Sequence record: OM632671.1 | Length of the DNA: 64,000 bases | Strand: one strand, 5' to 3' | Source: Escherichia phage BEU50 | Shown here: one piece after another, positions 54,205-63,690 of the stretch | How the letters are laid out: every line of letters begins with the position of its first letter | How positions within the stretch are numbered: the stretch's first letter is position 1 | Notes under the pieces: generated by a model | Told to the model about the DNA's origin: nothing | The model's database searches: none | What the model saw: the letters and a program-made list of their open reading frames with translations, nothing else | Translations under genes and position numbers: made by a program

Positions 54205-55938
54205 TTACCCAATATCAATACGAGATCCGTCAACAGTGTATTGTCCTGAAGCTACTGAGCTCATTGTAGACATTGTTTCTGCCCAATCCCCGGCAACAGT
54301 CATATCAACATTACCATTAACAGTCCATTTAACGTTTCCGTTGACGGTGTAATCATGATTCCCTTCGACCTGAGTTTTAGCATCACCTTTAACAAGAATA
54401 TCTGCATTTCCGTCAACAACTATTTTGATATTACCCTTAACGTAAAGAGTTCCATCGCCTTCAACAGTTTTAGTTTGGTTACCACGAATAAAGATTGTGT
54501 CATTGCCGTCTATTTGATGGAGGCGGTCTGCCATGTTATAATATATTTCATTAGCACCAACGTTAACAAGCTTATCGCCAGAAATCAAGAAGTTCCCATC
54601 GCCATTAGTGATGTCAAAAAGGTCTTCTACAGTTTTACGAGTACGACGCCCAGACGGAGAAACTTCCTCATATGACCCTGTTGGATGAACTAAGCGATAA
54701 CGTTCATTACCTGGAGTATCGTCAAATTCTTGGATATGACCACTTTCTGTTTCCATAGCATGAACATATGGGTACTCACCACGATAACTTGATTCCGGTT
54801 CTTTAAAAAGGATGCGTGAATCTAATGGAACAGGAGGACCAGCCGGGTCTTCTGAATCGGTATTTCTAGTAACTAAATCGGCACCAACTCCTGGTGAAGG
54901 CGGTGTTTTAACAGGAACACCGTATGATTCCATGTTACCGGTTAAAATAATTGTTGTTACACGTGAAGCGCGTCCTTTAGTCTGTTGGAACCATAATGAA
55001 TCGCGCCCGGATTTGTATGCAGTTTTCCAATCACCTTCGGCCATTGCTTTAAGCATAGTATTGAATTTTGCTACACCACCAACGCCCATTTGGAAGCACA
55101 TGTTTTCTAATGCCATTTGGCGAGATCTGTTCATTTTAGCATAAACAGGACCTACTTTAGAATTAGAACGAATGTCTTTCTGCATCTTAGCAAGGTCCTT
55201 CTCAAATAACGCTGTTGCTTCTTCTAATGTAATAGTTCCCGGATTTCCTGTTACTTCACGCCCTACTTGATCAGATAACAATTTATTAATTCGAGACATA
55301 TCTCGGGTCTTTTCCATTACGATAAGGTGTCCAATACCTACTGTAGGATACCCGAGATGGTCCCAATACACTTTATCACGAAGACCTTCGTCACGACGTA
55401 ACATTTCTGTTATTGTAAAATTAGGGTCATCATCTTCTGGAATATTTGCTAAATCTGTATCATCTGGGTTTATACCATAATCCAAGTTGTTATCTTGAAT
55501 TACGTTAGAGTTCGAATAATAACCAGCTTCACCACCTTGGTTTAATACGTTCGTATCATTACCTAAACGTCGCGGATACTGGCCTGTCGGGTCTGAAAAA
55601 CCTTCAAGTCTATTAGGCTTTTCACGTACGATTCCGCCATATGTACCAAGTACAATACCGTTTGTTTTCCATTTGTCTAAGAAATGACCATATACTCGAG
55701 TTCCTTCAACAGGACCTGTAACAGAACCACCAATACCTGACATTGATGCAGACGTAATAGGTTGAATAACAGTCATCCATGGAAGTTTTTCTGTAGGAAT
55801 ACCTTGTACGTCACCTTGTGCTCTCTGCGCTGGATGAAGACCAACGACTCGAACTCGAACTCGCCCTTGTTTTAATGGGTCCATTCTGTCCTCGACAACA
55901 CCCACGAACCAATTAAGGCTACTGCTAATCATTTCCAT
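54205..55938 (-). CDS. 5: Baseplate hub and tail lysozyme gp5
   Basis: 577 aa with T4-lysozyme-like domain (GIGHLIV...) and C-terminal beta-helix repeats (VxGxxxxxV). Confidence 0.9.
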   Translation of the reverse strand: MEMISSSLNWFVGVVEDRMDPLKQGRVRVRVVGLHPAQRAQGDVQGIPTEKLPWMTVIQPITSASMSGIGGSVTGPVEGTRVYGHFLDKWKTNGIVLGTYGGIVREKPNRLEGFSDPTGQYPRRLGNDTNVLNQGGEAGYYSNSNVIQDNNLDYGINPDDTDLANIPEDDDPNFTITEMLRRDEGLRDKVYWDHLGYPTVGIGHLIVMEKTRDMSRINKLLSDQVGREVTGNPGTITLEEATALFEKDLAKMQKDIRSNSKVGPVYAKMNRSRQMALENMCFQMGVGGVAKFNTMLKAMAEGDWKTAYKSGRDSLWFQQTKGRASRVTTIILTGNMESYGVPVKTPPSPGVGADLVTRNTDSEDPAGPPVPLDSRILFKEPESSYRGEYPYVHAMETESGHIQEFDDTPGNERYRLVHPTGSYEEVSPSGRRTRKTVEDLFDITNGDGNFLISGDKLVNVGANEIYYNMADRLHQIDGNDTIFIRGNQTKTVEGDGTLYVKGNIKIVVDGNADILVKGDAKTQVEGNHDYTVNGNVKWTVNGNVDMTVAGDWAETMSTMSSVASGQYTVDGSRIDIG

Positions 55939-56513
55939 TATGCAATCTCCATCTCACGAATCAAATCAGTAATAAACGAGTTTATATCTTCTTTTGCAAC
56001 AATTTTTATTTTACGAAGTTTTTCATTATCTAATACTGCCGCTTCATAAGTATCTACTGCAGCTAAAGGTCCTTTATATTGTGGATACTTACGAGCTTCA
56101 TCACCTTTATCGTACCACACTAAAGGCTCGTCTGGATATGAAACCAAATTGTAAAATTTCTCACGGTTCTCGTTAATATGATAAAGAATTTGGTCTCCGC
56201 CGGCATTTGCATATTTCTGAATAGAAGCTTGATACGCTGCTTCCTGAGATGTAATCCAACCATAATACGGATCATAGTTGTCATTACACATCAAAAGGAC
56301 CCAGTATAATTGAGGGTTGCCATAAATTATGTTTGCTAGTTCTTCAGGACGTGGAGAGCCTTTAATGTAATAAGAACGTAATCTATAATTGGCAGCCACA
56401 CGCTTAAAGTACTCTTTATAATTACGAAATATGTCCGTCATAGGAATAGTAGGTGCGTTCTTATTAACTGTTTTAGCACTATATCCTATCGGGTCGAAGA
56501 ATGTAAATAACAA
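55938..56513 (-). CDS. 53: Baseplate wedge protein gp53
   Basis: 191 aa (T4 196 aa); synteny. Confidence 0.85.
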   Translation of the reverse strand: MLFTFFDPIGYSAKTVNKNAPTIPMTDIFRNYKEYFKRVAANYRLRSYYIKGSPRPEELANIIYGNPQLYWVLLMCNDNYDPYYGWITSQEAAYQASIQKYANAGGDQILYHINENREKFYNLVSYPDEPLVWYDKGDEARKYPQYKGPLAAVDTYEAAVLDNEKLRKIKIVAKEDINSFITDLIREMEIA

Positions 56514-56540
56514 GATAGTCTCCTTCCAATATGAAATTGG

Positions 56541-56548
56541 TATAAATA
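56541..56548 (+). promoter_or_regulatory. Late promoter TATAAATA for gene 4
   Basis: TATAAATA 27 bp upstream of gene 4 ATG. Confidence 0.5.
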
Positions 56549-56555
56549 ATAATAC

Positions 56556-56563
56556 TATTTATA
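56556..56563 (-). promoter_or_regulatory. Late promoter TATAAATA for gene 53 (divergent)
   Basis: Plus-strand TATTTATA upstream of gene 53 on the minus strand. Confidence 0.45.
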
Positions 56564-56574
56564 AGGAGGACAAC

Positions 56575-57024
56575 ATGGCCTACTCTGGTAAATGGGTCCC
56601 AAAAAATTTAAAAAAATACCGTGGAGACCATACCAAAATAACGTATCGTTCAAACTGGGAAAAATTCTTTTTCGAATGGTTGGATAAAAATCCAGAAATT
56701 ATTGCATGGGGTAGTGAAACAGCAGTAATTCCATATTTTTGTAATGCTGAAGGTAAGAAACGTCGATACTATATGGACATATGGATGAAAGATGCATCAG
56801 GTCAAGAGTTCTTTGTAGAAATAAAACCAAAGAAAGAAACTCAACCACCTATTAAGCCTGCAAATCTTACGACTGCAGCAAAGAAACGTTATATGAACGA
56901 GATCTACGTGTGGTCTGTGAACTGTGATAAATGGAAAGCTGCGTCAGCTGTTGCTGAAAAGAGAAATATAAAATTTCGAGTTCTAACCGAAGATGGTCTT
57001 AGAAAACTCGGATACAAGGGGTAA
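56575..57024 (+). CDS. 4: Head completion protein gp4
   Basis: 149 aa from [12 protein letters not shown] with AAGGAGG RBS. Confidence 0.8.
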   Translation: MAYSGKWVPKNLKKYRGDHTKITYRSNWEKFFFEWLDKNPEIIAWGSETAVIPYFCNAEGKKRRYYMDIWMKDASGQEFFVEIKPKKETQPPIKPANLTTAAKKRYMNEIYVWSVNCDKWKAASAVAEKRNIKFRVLTEDGLRKLGYKG

Positions 57025-57026
57025 TT

Positions 57027-57848
57027 ATGAGCATATTCCAAATTATATCTGAAGGCGTACAAGCCCCTAAGATTGCTCAGTCTATGAATGAAAGAAAATG
57101 GATTGAGATAGGATTAGAATACAAGAAAGCTAAAGAGAAAGGAATCACTGCAAAAGCATTTGCAGAATCAAAAGGAATAAAATACTCGTCGTTTACATCT
57201 GCAATGTCTAGATATGCATCATCTATTAAGACTGCACAGAAAATTGAAACGCTTGAATCTAAACCTAAAAATAAACTCAATAAACAAGAACGTCAACTTC
57301 TGATGATAAACTCGTTTCGCAGTTCAATACGAGAAAAGATTAGAAATGAAGGCGCAGCAGTAAACAACAAATCATCTAAGTGGTTTGTTGAAACAATTAA
57401 GAAAAGTGTAAAAGGTCATAAAGTAGTCAAGCCTACGCCAGGCAAAATTTATACTTACGTGTATGATGCTAAACATAAAGATACTCTGCCGTATTGGGAC
57501 CGATATCCTTTGATTATTTATTTAGGATTAGGTAAACATAATTTGATGTACGGGTTAAACTTGCACTATATCCCACCTAAAGCACGTCAACAGTTTCTTG
57601 AAGAATTGCTGAAGCAATATGCTAGCACAACTACTATTACTAATAACACAAAGTTGAAGATAGACTGGAGCAAGGTGAAAGGATTTCAAGGTGCGGACAA
57701 AATGATTAAAGCATACCTGCCAGGCCACATTAGAGGAACAATAACAGAAATAGCTCCTAAAGACTGGGCTAACATAATCATGTTACCTACTCAGCAATTT
57801 ATGTCAAAAGGAAAACGTTTCTCTGCGAATACTGTTTGGAAATCTTAA
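57027..57848 (+). CDS. 2: DNA end protector protein gp2
   Basis: 273 aa (T4 gp2 274 aa); synteny 4-2-3-1. Confidence 0.8.
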   Translation: MSIFQIISEGVQAPKIAQSMNERKWIEIGLEYKKAKEKGITAKAFAESKGIKYSSFTSAMSRYASSIKTAQKIETLESKPKNKLNKQERQLLMINSFRSSIREKIRNEGAAVNNKSSKWFVETIKKSVKGHKVVKPTPGKIYTYVYDAKHKDTLPYWDRYPLIIYLGLGKHNLMYGLNLHYIPPKARQQFLEELLKQYASTTTITNNTKLKIDWSKVKGFQGADKMIKAYLPGHIRGTITEIAPKDWANIIMLPTQQFMSKGKRFSANTVWKS

Positions 57849-57944
57849 TTCTATTCTCTTCCGTTCTTCTGATATTCTGTTGAACCAGATTAATGGAAGA
57901 GACCTAAAACCATTATACTGCATTTTTATTAAAGCGTTTTTGAG

Positions 57945-58535
57945 GTGCTTATGACTCGTCCAACGAGACAGATTTTTAACCAAACAAATATAACAAACTT
58001 TGTTGTGGATATCCCGGATAGTACACGAACTTCAGGTTTTGTGCTCAATGCCCAAACGGCTCCATTGCCAGGTGTGAGAATTCCTGTTGTTGAAACTGTG
58101 ACAGGCACAATGGGGTTAGGACGTGCAATGCGTGCAGGCACCACATTTGAATATGACCCTTTTGTTGTACGATTTATAGTTGATGAAGACATGACGTCCT
58201 GGATGAACATGTATAAATGGATGCTCAGCACTAATAACTATATAACCGGACATAATACGGCCCACTCCGATGGTCCTGAGTTTGTTACTTTGCACATTTT
58301 AAACAACAATAAGACTGAAGTAGTTTTGACGGCAAATTTCTATAAACCATGGATTTCCGATCTGAGCGAAATTGAATTTAGTTACACTGAAGATTCTGAC
58401 CCTGCCGTTACGTGCGTAGCAACTATTCACTATGCGTATATGACGATAGAAAAGGATGGTGAAGTCATTGTATCTCAACAACCGCGTCAAGCGGTCGAAT
58501 CTAAATCCATTTCTAGACACCCTTCCTTGCGTTAA
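57945..58535 (+). CDS. 3: Tail completion / sheath stabiliser gp3
   Basis: Assigned by synteny; about 194 aa versus 176 in T4, so start uncertain. Confidence 0.6.
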   Translation: MLMTRPTRQIFNQTNITNFVVDIPDSTRTSGFVLNAQTAPLPGVRIPVVETVTGTMGLGRAMRAGTTFEYDPFVVRFIVDEDMTSWMNMYKWMLSTNNYITGHNTAHSDGPEFVTLHILNNNKTEVVLTANFYKPWISDLSEIEFSYTEDSDPAVTCVATIHYAYMTIEKDGEVIVSQQPRQAVESKSISRHPSLR

Positions 58536-58588
58536 TCGCTTCTAGCTCCGTATGTTATAATCACTCATAAATTATATGAGGAAAACCT

Positions 58589-59323
58589 ATGGAGCTAATC
58601 TTTTTAAGTGGCATCAAACGTAGTGGTAAAGACACTACTGCTGATTACATCAATTCAAACTTTAAATCCGTAAAATACCAATTGGCATATCCGATTAAAG
58701 ACGCTCTAGCAATAGCCTGGGGACGTAAACATGCTGAAGATCCTGATGTATTCACAGAGTTGAAATACGAATACTTTGAAGGTGTCGGATATGACCGTGA
58801 AACACCATTAAATCTCAATAAGTTGGATGTTATTGAATTAATGGAAGAAGCGCTAATTTATTTACAAAGTCAATATTTACCAATTAATAATGTTAAAGTA
58901 TTATCATCATTAGAAGGTGGATATTCATATCTAGATATTAAACCATATGAAGCCCTGCGTGAAGCTATAAATAATATCAACGACACATGGTCAATCCGCC
59001 GTCTTATGCAAGCCCTCGGTACGGATGTTGTCGTTAATTTATTTGACCGTATGTATTGGGTTAAACTTTTTGCATTAAACTATATGGATTATATTGGAAG
59101 TGATTTCGATTACTATGTTGTAACCGATACACGCCAAGTCCATGAAATGGAAACCGCCAGAGCGATGGGTGCTACAGTTATTCATGTGGTTCGCTCTGGT
59201 ACGGAATCCACTGATAAACATATTACAGAAGCTGGGTTGCCTATTGAAGAAGGCGATTTAGTTATTACAAACGACGGCTCTTTAGAAGAGCTTTATTCTA
59301 AAATTGAAACAATCTTAAGGTAA
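58589..59323 (+). CDS. 1: dNMP kinase gp1
   Basis: 244 aa, P-loop GIKRSGKDT; T4 gp1 241 aa. Confidence 0.85.
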   Translation: MELIFLSGIKRSGKDTTADYINSNFKSVKYQLAYPIKDALAIAWGRKHAEDPDVFTELKYEYFEGVGYDRETPLNLNKLDVIELMEEALIYLQSQYLPINNVKVLSSLEGGYSYLDIKPYEALREAINNINDTWSIRRLMQALGTDVVVNLFDRMYWVKLFALNYMDYIGSDFDYYVVTDTRQVHEMETARAMGATVIHVVRSGTESTDKHITEAGLPIEEGDLVITNDGSLEELYSKIETILR

Positions 59324-59327
59324 TAAA

Positions 59328-60013
<686 letters not shown>

Positions 60014-60025
60014 TTTCACAAAACA

Positions 60026-60060
60026 GTTTACATAAGGATGATGGCGTGTTACTATCATCC
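60026..60060 (+). promoter_or_regulatory. Early promoter cassette with inverted repeat (GTTTAC, TGtTACTAT, GGATGAT/ATCATCC)
   Basis: GTTTAC 60026-60031, -10 60050-60055, 7-bp inverted repeat arms flanking -10. Confidence 0.55.
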
Positions 60061-60089
60061 TATCAAATAAACGACCTCAAGGAAATAAA

Positions 60090-60377
60090 ATGAAAACCTA
60101 TAAAGAATTTATATCACCTGATGCTAACGTTTCTACTCTAACCGAAGCAACCCTTACTTCCGAAGTTATTAAAGCAAATAAAGGACGTGAGGGTAAACCA
60201 ATGATTGGCCTGGTTGACGGCGAAGAAGTAAAAGGTACTGTTTACTTAGGGGATGGATGGTCTGCTAAGAAAGATGGCGCTACTATTGTTATCTCTCCGG
60301 CTGAAGAGACTGCACTGTTTAAAGCTAAGCATATTTCTGTAGCTCAGCTTAAAATTATTGCAAAAACTCTTCTGTAA
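60090..60377 (+). CDS. ipI: Internal protein I-like capsid-targeted protein
   Basis: 95 aa with N-terminal capsid targeting sequence MKTYKEFIS (T4 CTS consensus MKTYQEFIAE); located next to 57B as ipI in T4. Confidence 0.6.
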   Translation: MKTYKEFISPDANVSTLTEATLTSEVIKANKGREGKPMIGLVDGEEVKGTVYLGDGWSAKKDGATIVISPAEETALFKAKHISVAQLKIIAKTLL

Positions 60378-60380
60378 GTA

Positions 60381-60418
60381 GTTTACATGCTGATAGGACT
60401 ATGTTATAGTAGTCCTAT
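60381..60418 (+). promoter_or_regulatory. Early promoter cassette with perfect 10-bp inverted repeat (GATAGGACTA/TAGTCCTATC)
   Basis: GTTTAC 60381-60386, TGtTATAGT 60402-60410 sits in the 8-nt spacer between arms 60393-60402 and 60409-60418. Confidence 0.6.
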
Positions 60419-60447
60419 CAAAACAAATGAGTAAATGGAGAAATAAA

Positions 60448-60633
60448 ATGAAACGCGCTGAACTGATTCGTAATGTTGCTGTAGTAATTGCTTCAATGGC
60501 TTTTAGTTTTTCGATGTTTGTAGGATTCATTTGTGGACTACTGACAACAACAGAAAATTCTATCTCATTGGTAGTAGCATTTCTAATCGGCTTAATCGCT
60601 ATCGTTATGGATAAAATTGCAAAAGGTGAGTAA
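60448..60633 (+). CDS. Small membrane protein (hypothetical)
   Basis: 61 aa from ATG after GGAGAAATAAA RBS; one or two predicted TM helices. Confidence 0.4.
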   Translation: MKRAELIRNVAVVIASMAFSFSMFVGFICGLLTTTENSISLVVAFLIGLIAIVMDKIAKGE

Positions 60634-60634
60634 A

Positions 60635-60997
60635 ATGAAATATCACGTATATGCGGATTTTGAAGCAAATCCTTCTAAAGACCCTGATTGTCGTTTGATA
60701 CGCAGACCATTTGATTCAGCAGCTCAAGCATGGGCTTGGATTAAAACTTGTACTCCTTCTTACACTTTCTTTGAAGTGGTAGACGATAACGGTGTTCTGC
60801 ATCCAGAACCTACAGAAACTATTAATTTCCTTCTGTTTGCTGGTTACGACTGTTATCCTCTTGGCGGTATTGATGATCTTGTTGCTACAGGAAAAACTGT
60901 TGAAGCTCTTCGCGAAATTTATAAAAACGCGGAAGAAAATTTTGACTGGTATCATATTGTTGATGCTCATACCTTTGAAATGGTGGAACATTCATGA
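60635..60997 (+). CDS. Hypothetical protein
   Basis: 120-aa ORF from ATG 60635 (GGTGAGTAAAATG). Confidence 0.45.
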   Translation: MKYHVYADFEANPSKDPDCRLIRRPFDSAAQAWAWIKTCTPSYTFFEVVDDNGVLHPEPTETINFLLFAGYDCYPLGGIDDLVATGKTVEALREIYKNAEENFDWYHIVDAHTFEMVEHS

Positions 60998-61284
60998 TTC
61001 TTTATGCTAAAGTATCGTCCATTGAGAACGGATATGAAAGCGACCAACGAGCAGCTAAAGCGTTAGTTGATGACTATGGTATTTTGACTAATTTTGAAGT
61101 TGAAAAGGTTTACATCGACCGTTCGTCTTCACAGGTTAAATTACTCTGTGAAGACGATAAATTTAACACAGTTAACTTTGATTTCTTTATTGAAACAGAA
61201 AAAGGCCCTCTTGAATATGATATTTTCAAGAATCCTTTGAAATTACGTTGCATTGAATATAATTACATTAATATGGTACGGTGA
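60994..61284 (+). CDS. Hypothetical protein
   Basis: 96-aa ORF, ATGA coupling with upstream ORF. Confidence 0.45.
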   Translation: MILYAKVSSIENGYESDQRAAKALVDDYGILTNFEVEKVYIDRSSSQVKLLCEDDKFNTVNFDFFIETEKGPLEYDIFKNPLKLRCIEYNYINMVR

Positions 61285-61288
61285 GTAA

Positions 61289-61804
61289 ATGAATATTTGT
61301 TTAGGCAGTACAATTCCTAAGGGTTACGTAATTGATGTCACTACTTGGGAAAATGACGGCGACAACTATAAAACCAAAACATTATTTGGTGTGGAAGAGC
61401 ATGAGCTCCAACAGTTTAAATATCTCTTGAAGAAATTTAAGAGTCGTCATTCCAGCACTAAAGCTGAACGTTACTGTGGTAATACACCATTCAGTGATTG
61501 CTCGCTTTTAATCTATGAATACTTGGTTGAAGGGCTGTTCTCAGACCAGCTTTATCCAGAATTCATTAAAAAGGTCTTTGATATTGAAGTCGACCTTGGT
61601 AATAAATCTGAAGAAGACGAATCGCGTGTATTCGACCTGTTCCATGAGAATGGATATTTGGTATCAGAAGGTCTCATTGATATTCTTGGTCATGCTTCTG
61701 AATATTATGATTATGATTTCTTGCGTGTAGTTGAATGTGTTGAATTTGCTTATATTGAAGAAGAAATCGTTTTGCCAACTGTTAAAATGATTGATTTGCT
61801 TTAA
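61289..61804 (+). CDS. Hypothetical protein
   Basis: 171-aa acidic ORF. Confidence 0.5.
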   Translation: MNICLGSTIPKGYVIDVTTWENDGDNYKTKTLFGVEEHELQQFKYLLKKFKSRHSSTKAERYCGNTPFSDCSLLIYEYLVEGLFSDQLYPEFIKKVFDIEVDLGNKSEEDESRVFDLFHENGYLVSEGLIDILGHASEYYDYDFLRVVECVEFAYIEEEIVLPTVKMIDLL

Positions 61805-61883
61805 GAATTATGTGTTATTATTAATTCGTACCCTCTATTACCAAAGGTGCTCTAAAGTGCCTTTCATAATAGAAAGTTATTTA

Positions 61884-61957
61884 GGCCCTGTAGCTCAATG
61901 GTTAGCAGCAGTCCCCTCATAAGGGAAAGGTTACCAGTTCGAATCTGGTCTGGGTCA
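61884..61957 (+). tRNA. tRNA with CAU anticodon (Ile2-type lysidine tRNA or Met)
   Basis: Manual fold: acceptor GGCCCTG/CTGGGTC (one mismatch), D-arm GCTC, anticodon loop CTCATAA, T-arm ACCAG-TTCGAAT-CTGGT; 5' end resembles bacterial tRNA-Ile2; CCA not encoded. Confidence 0.6.
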
Positions 61958-61963
61958 TATATT

Positions 61964-62040
61964 CGAGGCATAGCTCAATTGTATGGAGCAACGGACTTCT
62001 AATCCGTAGGTTGAAGGTTAGAATCCTTCTGTCTCGACCA
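61964..62040 (+). tRNA. tRNA-Arg (anticodon UCU)
   Basis: Manual fold: acceptor CGAGGCA/TGTCTCG, D-stem GCTC/GAGC, anticodon stem ACGGA/TCCGT with loop CTTCTAA, T-arm GAAGG-TTAGAAT-CCTTC, encoded CCA. Confidence 0.75.
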
Positions 62041-62058
62041 ACTTTAAGTGAGGAAAAT

Positions 62059-62403
62059 ATGAAAGGCAATATTTATCTGGTAGTTCATGATTTAACGTTT
62101 TATTTTAACGAATATGATACAGTTATTTCTCATCGATTGATTAATTCGCTGTATCAGCATGCCGATTACATTTATGTTCAAAATGAATTTGGACATTGGA
62201 AGTTCATTAAAAATCGTTACGGGTTAACTAGTTTTGAATACTTTGACCGTAAAGACCTTTTAAACGAAATCCCATTGCAACATCGATTCCAGAAACGCGA
62301 ATCATTATATTATTGCCGTCATATACCAAACGCCGAATGTGTTAATGAAGCGATTAATCTATGGCGTCGGCGTCGAGAGCAAATTGATGATATGCCAAAA
62401 TAA
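62059..62403 (+). CDS. Hypothetical protein
   Basis: 114-aa ORF from ATG 62059 (GAGGAAAATATG) just after tRNA-Arg. Confidence 0.5.
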   Translation: MKGNIYLVVHDLTFYFNEYDTVISHRLINSLYQHADYIYVQNEFGHWKFIKNRYGLTSFEYFDRKDLLNEIPLQHRFQKRESLYYCRHIPNAECVNEAINLWRRRREQIDDMPK

Positions 62404-62700
62404 GAAGCCGGGTCGCTACCGGTAAGTCGTCGGACTGATGTTCCCTGAGTAAGGACTGGTCTTAATAAATCTTTACGATTTGTTAATATCCCCTTACATC
62501 ACAGCAGAAACGGCGCACAGAATTATCGATTCGAGGAAATATCTTTGCCGTAAGCCGAGTAGCGTTTTTGACGGAACGTTCGGATATGGTCGAGATATGG
62601 CCTTTTAAAAATATTGAGTAGCGTCAACTGCTTAATAACCGGGTTCGAATCCCGGCGTTTCGTACAAACACTTGCCTTAGCAGGTGGAAACCCCGACAAG
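62404..62700 (+). ncRNA. Putative small stable RNA region with tRNA-like 3' module (compare T4 species 1/2 RNAs, rnaC/rnaD)
   Basis: Non-coding stretch containing a perfect T-arm CCGGG-TTCGAAT-CCCGG (62639-62655) and an acceptor-like pairing CGGAACG/CGTTTCG, but no canonical D or anticodon arm. Confidence 0.3.
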
Positions 62701-62715
62701 GTTGCCGCAAGGCTT

Positions 62716-62744
62716 AGCCCCTTCCGAAAGGTTGGGGCTTTTTG
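62716..62744 (+). terminator. Intrinsic terminator (AGCCCC-UU-CC-GAAA-GG-UU-GGGGCU plus T-run)
   Basis: Hairpin with GNRA loop followed by TTTTT; near-identical copy at 63259-63287. Confidence 0.55.
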
Positions 62745-62788
62745 GCATAATAATAAATAGATAAGTTAATTAACTTAGGAAAAGCAAC

Positions 62789-63253
62789 ATGAAATCATAC
62801 GCTGAATTTTTGACTGAACAATCTAGTTCAGATGTAAAAGCCGCTGCGATTGCAGCAATTCAAGCAGGTAAATATTCTTACAAAGACGCCTCTGATGAAG
62901 AACGTTTCCGTTTTATTAGAGATTTTAAAGCCGAAGGTTTTACTAATGCTAATACTGTTAGCCGAGTTTTTAAAAGCCTAGCTGCATCAGGTGAATTGTT
63001 CCAGAAAGCTACAGGTAAAGCACCTGCGCCAAAAGCGGACCCTAAAGCAGCTCAAGAAAAAAATATCGCCAAAGGAATTATTTCTAAGTATGAAGCAATT
63101 CTTAAAGAGCTTTTAGTAATCAAAACAGAAGGACAGAAACTGGCACGAGCACATAGCTTCAAAGATAATCCTCACGCTCATAGCCTTGAGTATGTTGAAG
63201 ATATCCAAAAACTTATTAAAGACCGTATCTGGTCTGCTAAACAAATTAAATAA
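62789..63253 (+). CDS. Putative capsid-targeted internal protein (CTS-bearing)
   Basis: 154 aa beginning MKSYAEFLTEQ, matching the T4 internal-protein capsid targeting sequence and gp21 cleavage motif L-x-E; lysine/alanine-rich. Confidence 0.5.
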   Translation: MKSYAEFLTEQSSSDVKAAAIAAIQAGKYSYKDASDEERFRFIRDFKAEGFTNANTVSRVFKSLAASGELFQKATGKAPAPKADPKAAQEKNIAKGIISKYEAILKELLVIKTEGQKLARAHSFKDNPHAHSLEYVEDIQKLIKDRIWSAKQIK

Positions 63254-63258
63254 TAGAA

Positions 63259-63287
63259 TGCCCCTTCCTTATGGTTGGGGCTTTTTG
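63259..63287 (+). terminator. Intrinsic terminator (second copy of the GCCCCTTCC...GGTTGGGGC hairpin plus T-run)
   Basis: GCCCCTTCCTTATGGTTGGGGCTTTTT; direct repeat of 62716-62744. Confidence 0.55.
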
Positions 63288-63319
63288 GCATCTAGGGCAT
63301 AAAAATATTTCATAAAGAT

Positions 63320-63349
63320 GTTTACTTCTTCTAAGGACATGATACTATA
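63320..63349 (+). promoter_or_regulatory. Early promoter cassette (GTTTAC, TGATACTAT)
   Basis: GTTTAC 63320-63325, -10 63344-63349; leader GACTTATCAACCACAGAGGAG repeated at 63721-63745. Confidence 0.55.
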
Positions 63350-63376
63350 GACTTATCAACCACAGAGGAGAATATT

Positions 63377-63682
63377 ATGAGTCTTTACACTGAACTGAAT
63401 AAAAAATCTGAAGAATCTGCTGAAACTATTTTTAAAAACGTGCAAAAGCGTATTTTAGAAAAGATGTATAACACTGCAGCTAAAGGTGAAAAATCTTGCC
63501 GGTTCCCGATGAGGTGTTCTTCCGATTTATGCGCAAATACTATTGAATGGCTGGAAAGTGAAGGTCTTACGGTAGAGAAAAACCCGGCGATTTCTATTGA
63601 CAGTGAATCATATATTAGTATTTCTTGGGATAAACCACGTATGAATGAAGGACACTACAAGTTGTTAAGTTGGAAAAATTAA
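63377..63682 (+). CDS. Hypothetical protein
   Basis: 101-aa ORF downstream of promoter cassette. Confidence 0.5.
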   Translation: MSLYTELNKKSEESAETIFKNVQKRILEKMYNTAAKGEKSCRFPMRCSSDLCANTIEWLESEGLTVEKNPAISIDSESYISISWDKPRMNEGHYKLLSWKN

Positions 63683-63690
63683 AAATAATG

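Noticed and set aside
62572-62663. Possible third tRNA (type II, long variable arm)
   Set aside because: A perfect acceptor helix and T-arm are present, but no acceptable D-arm or anticodon stem could be folded; treated as a tRNA-like stable RNA rather than a tRNA.
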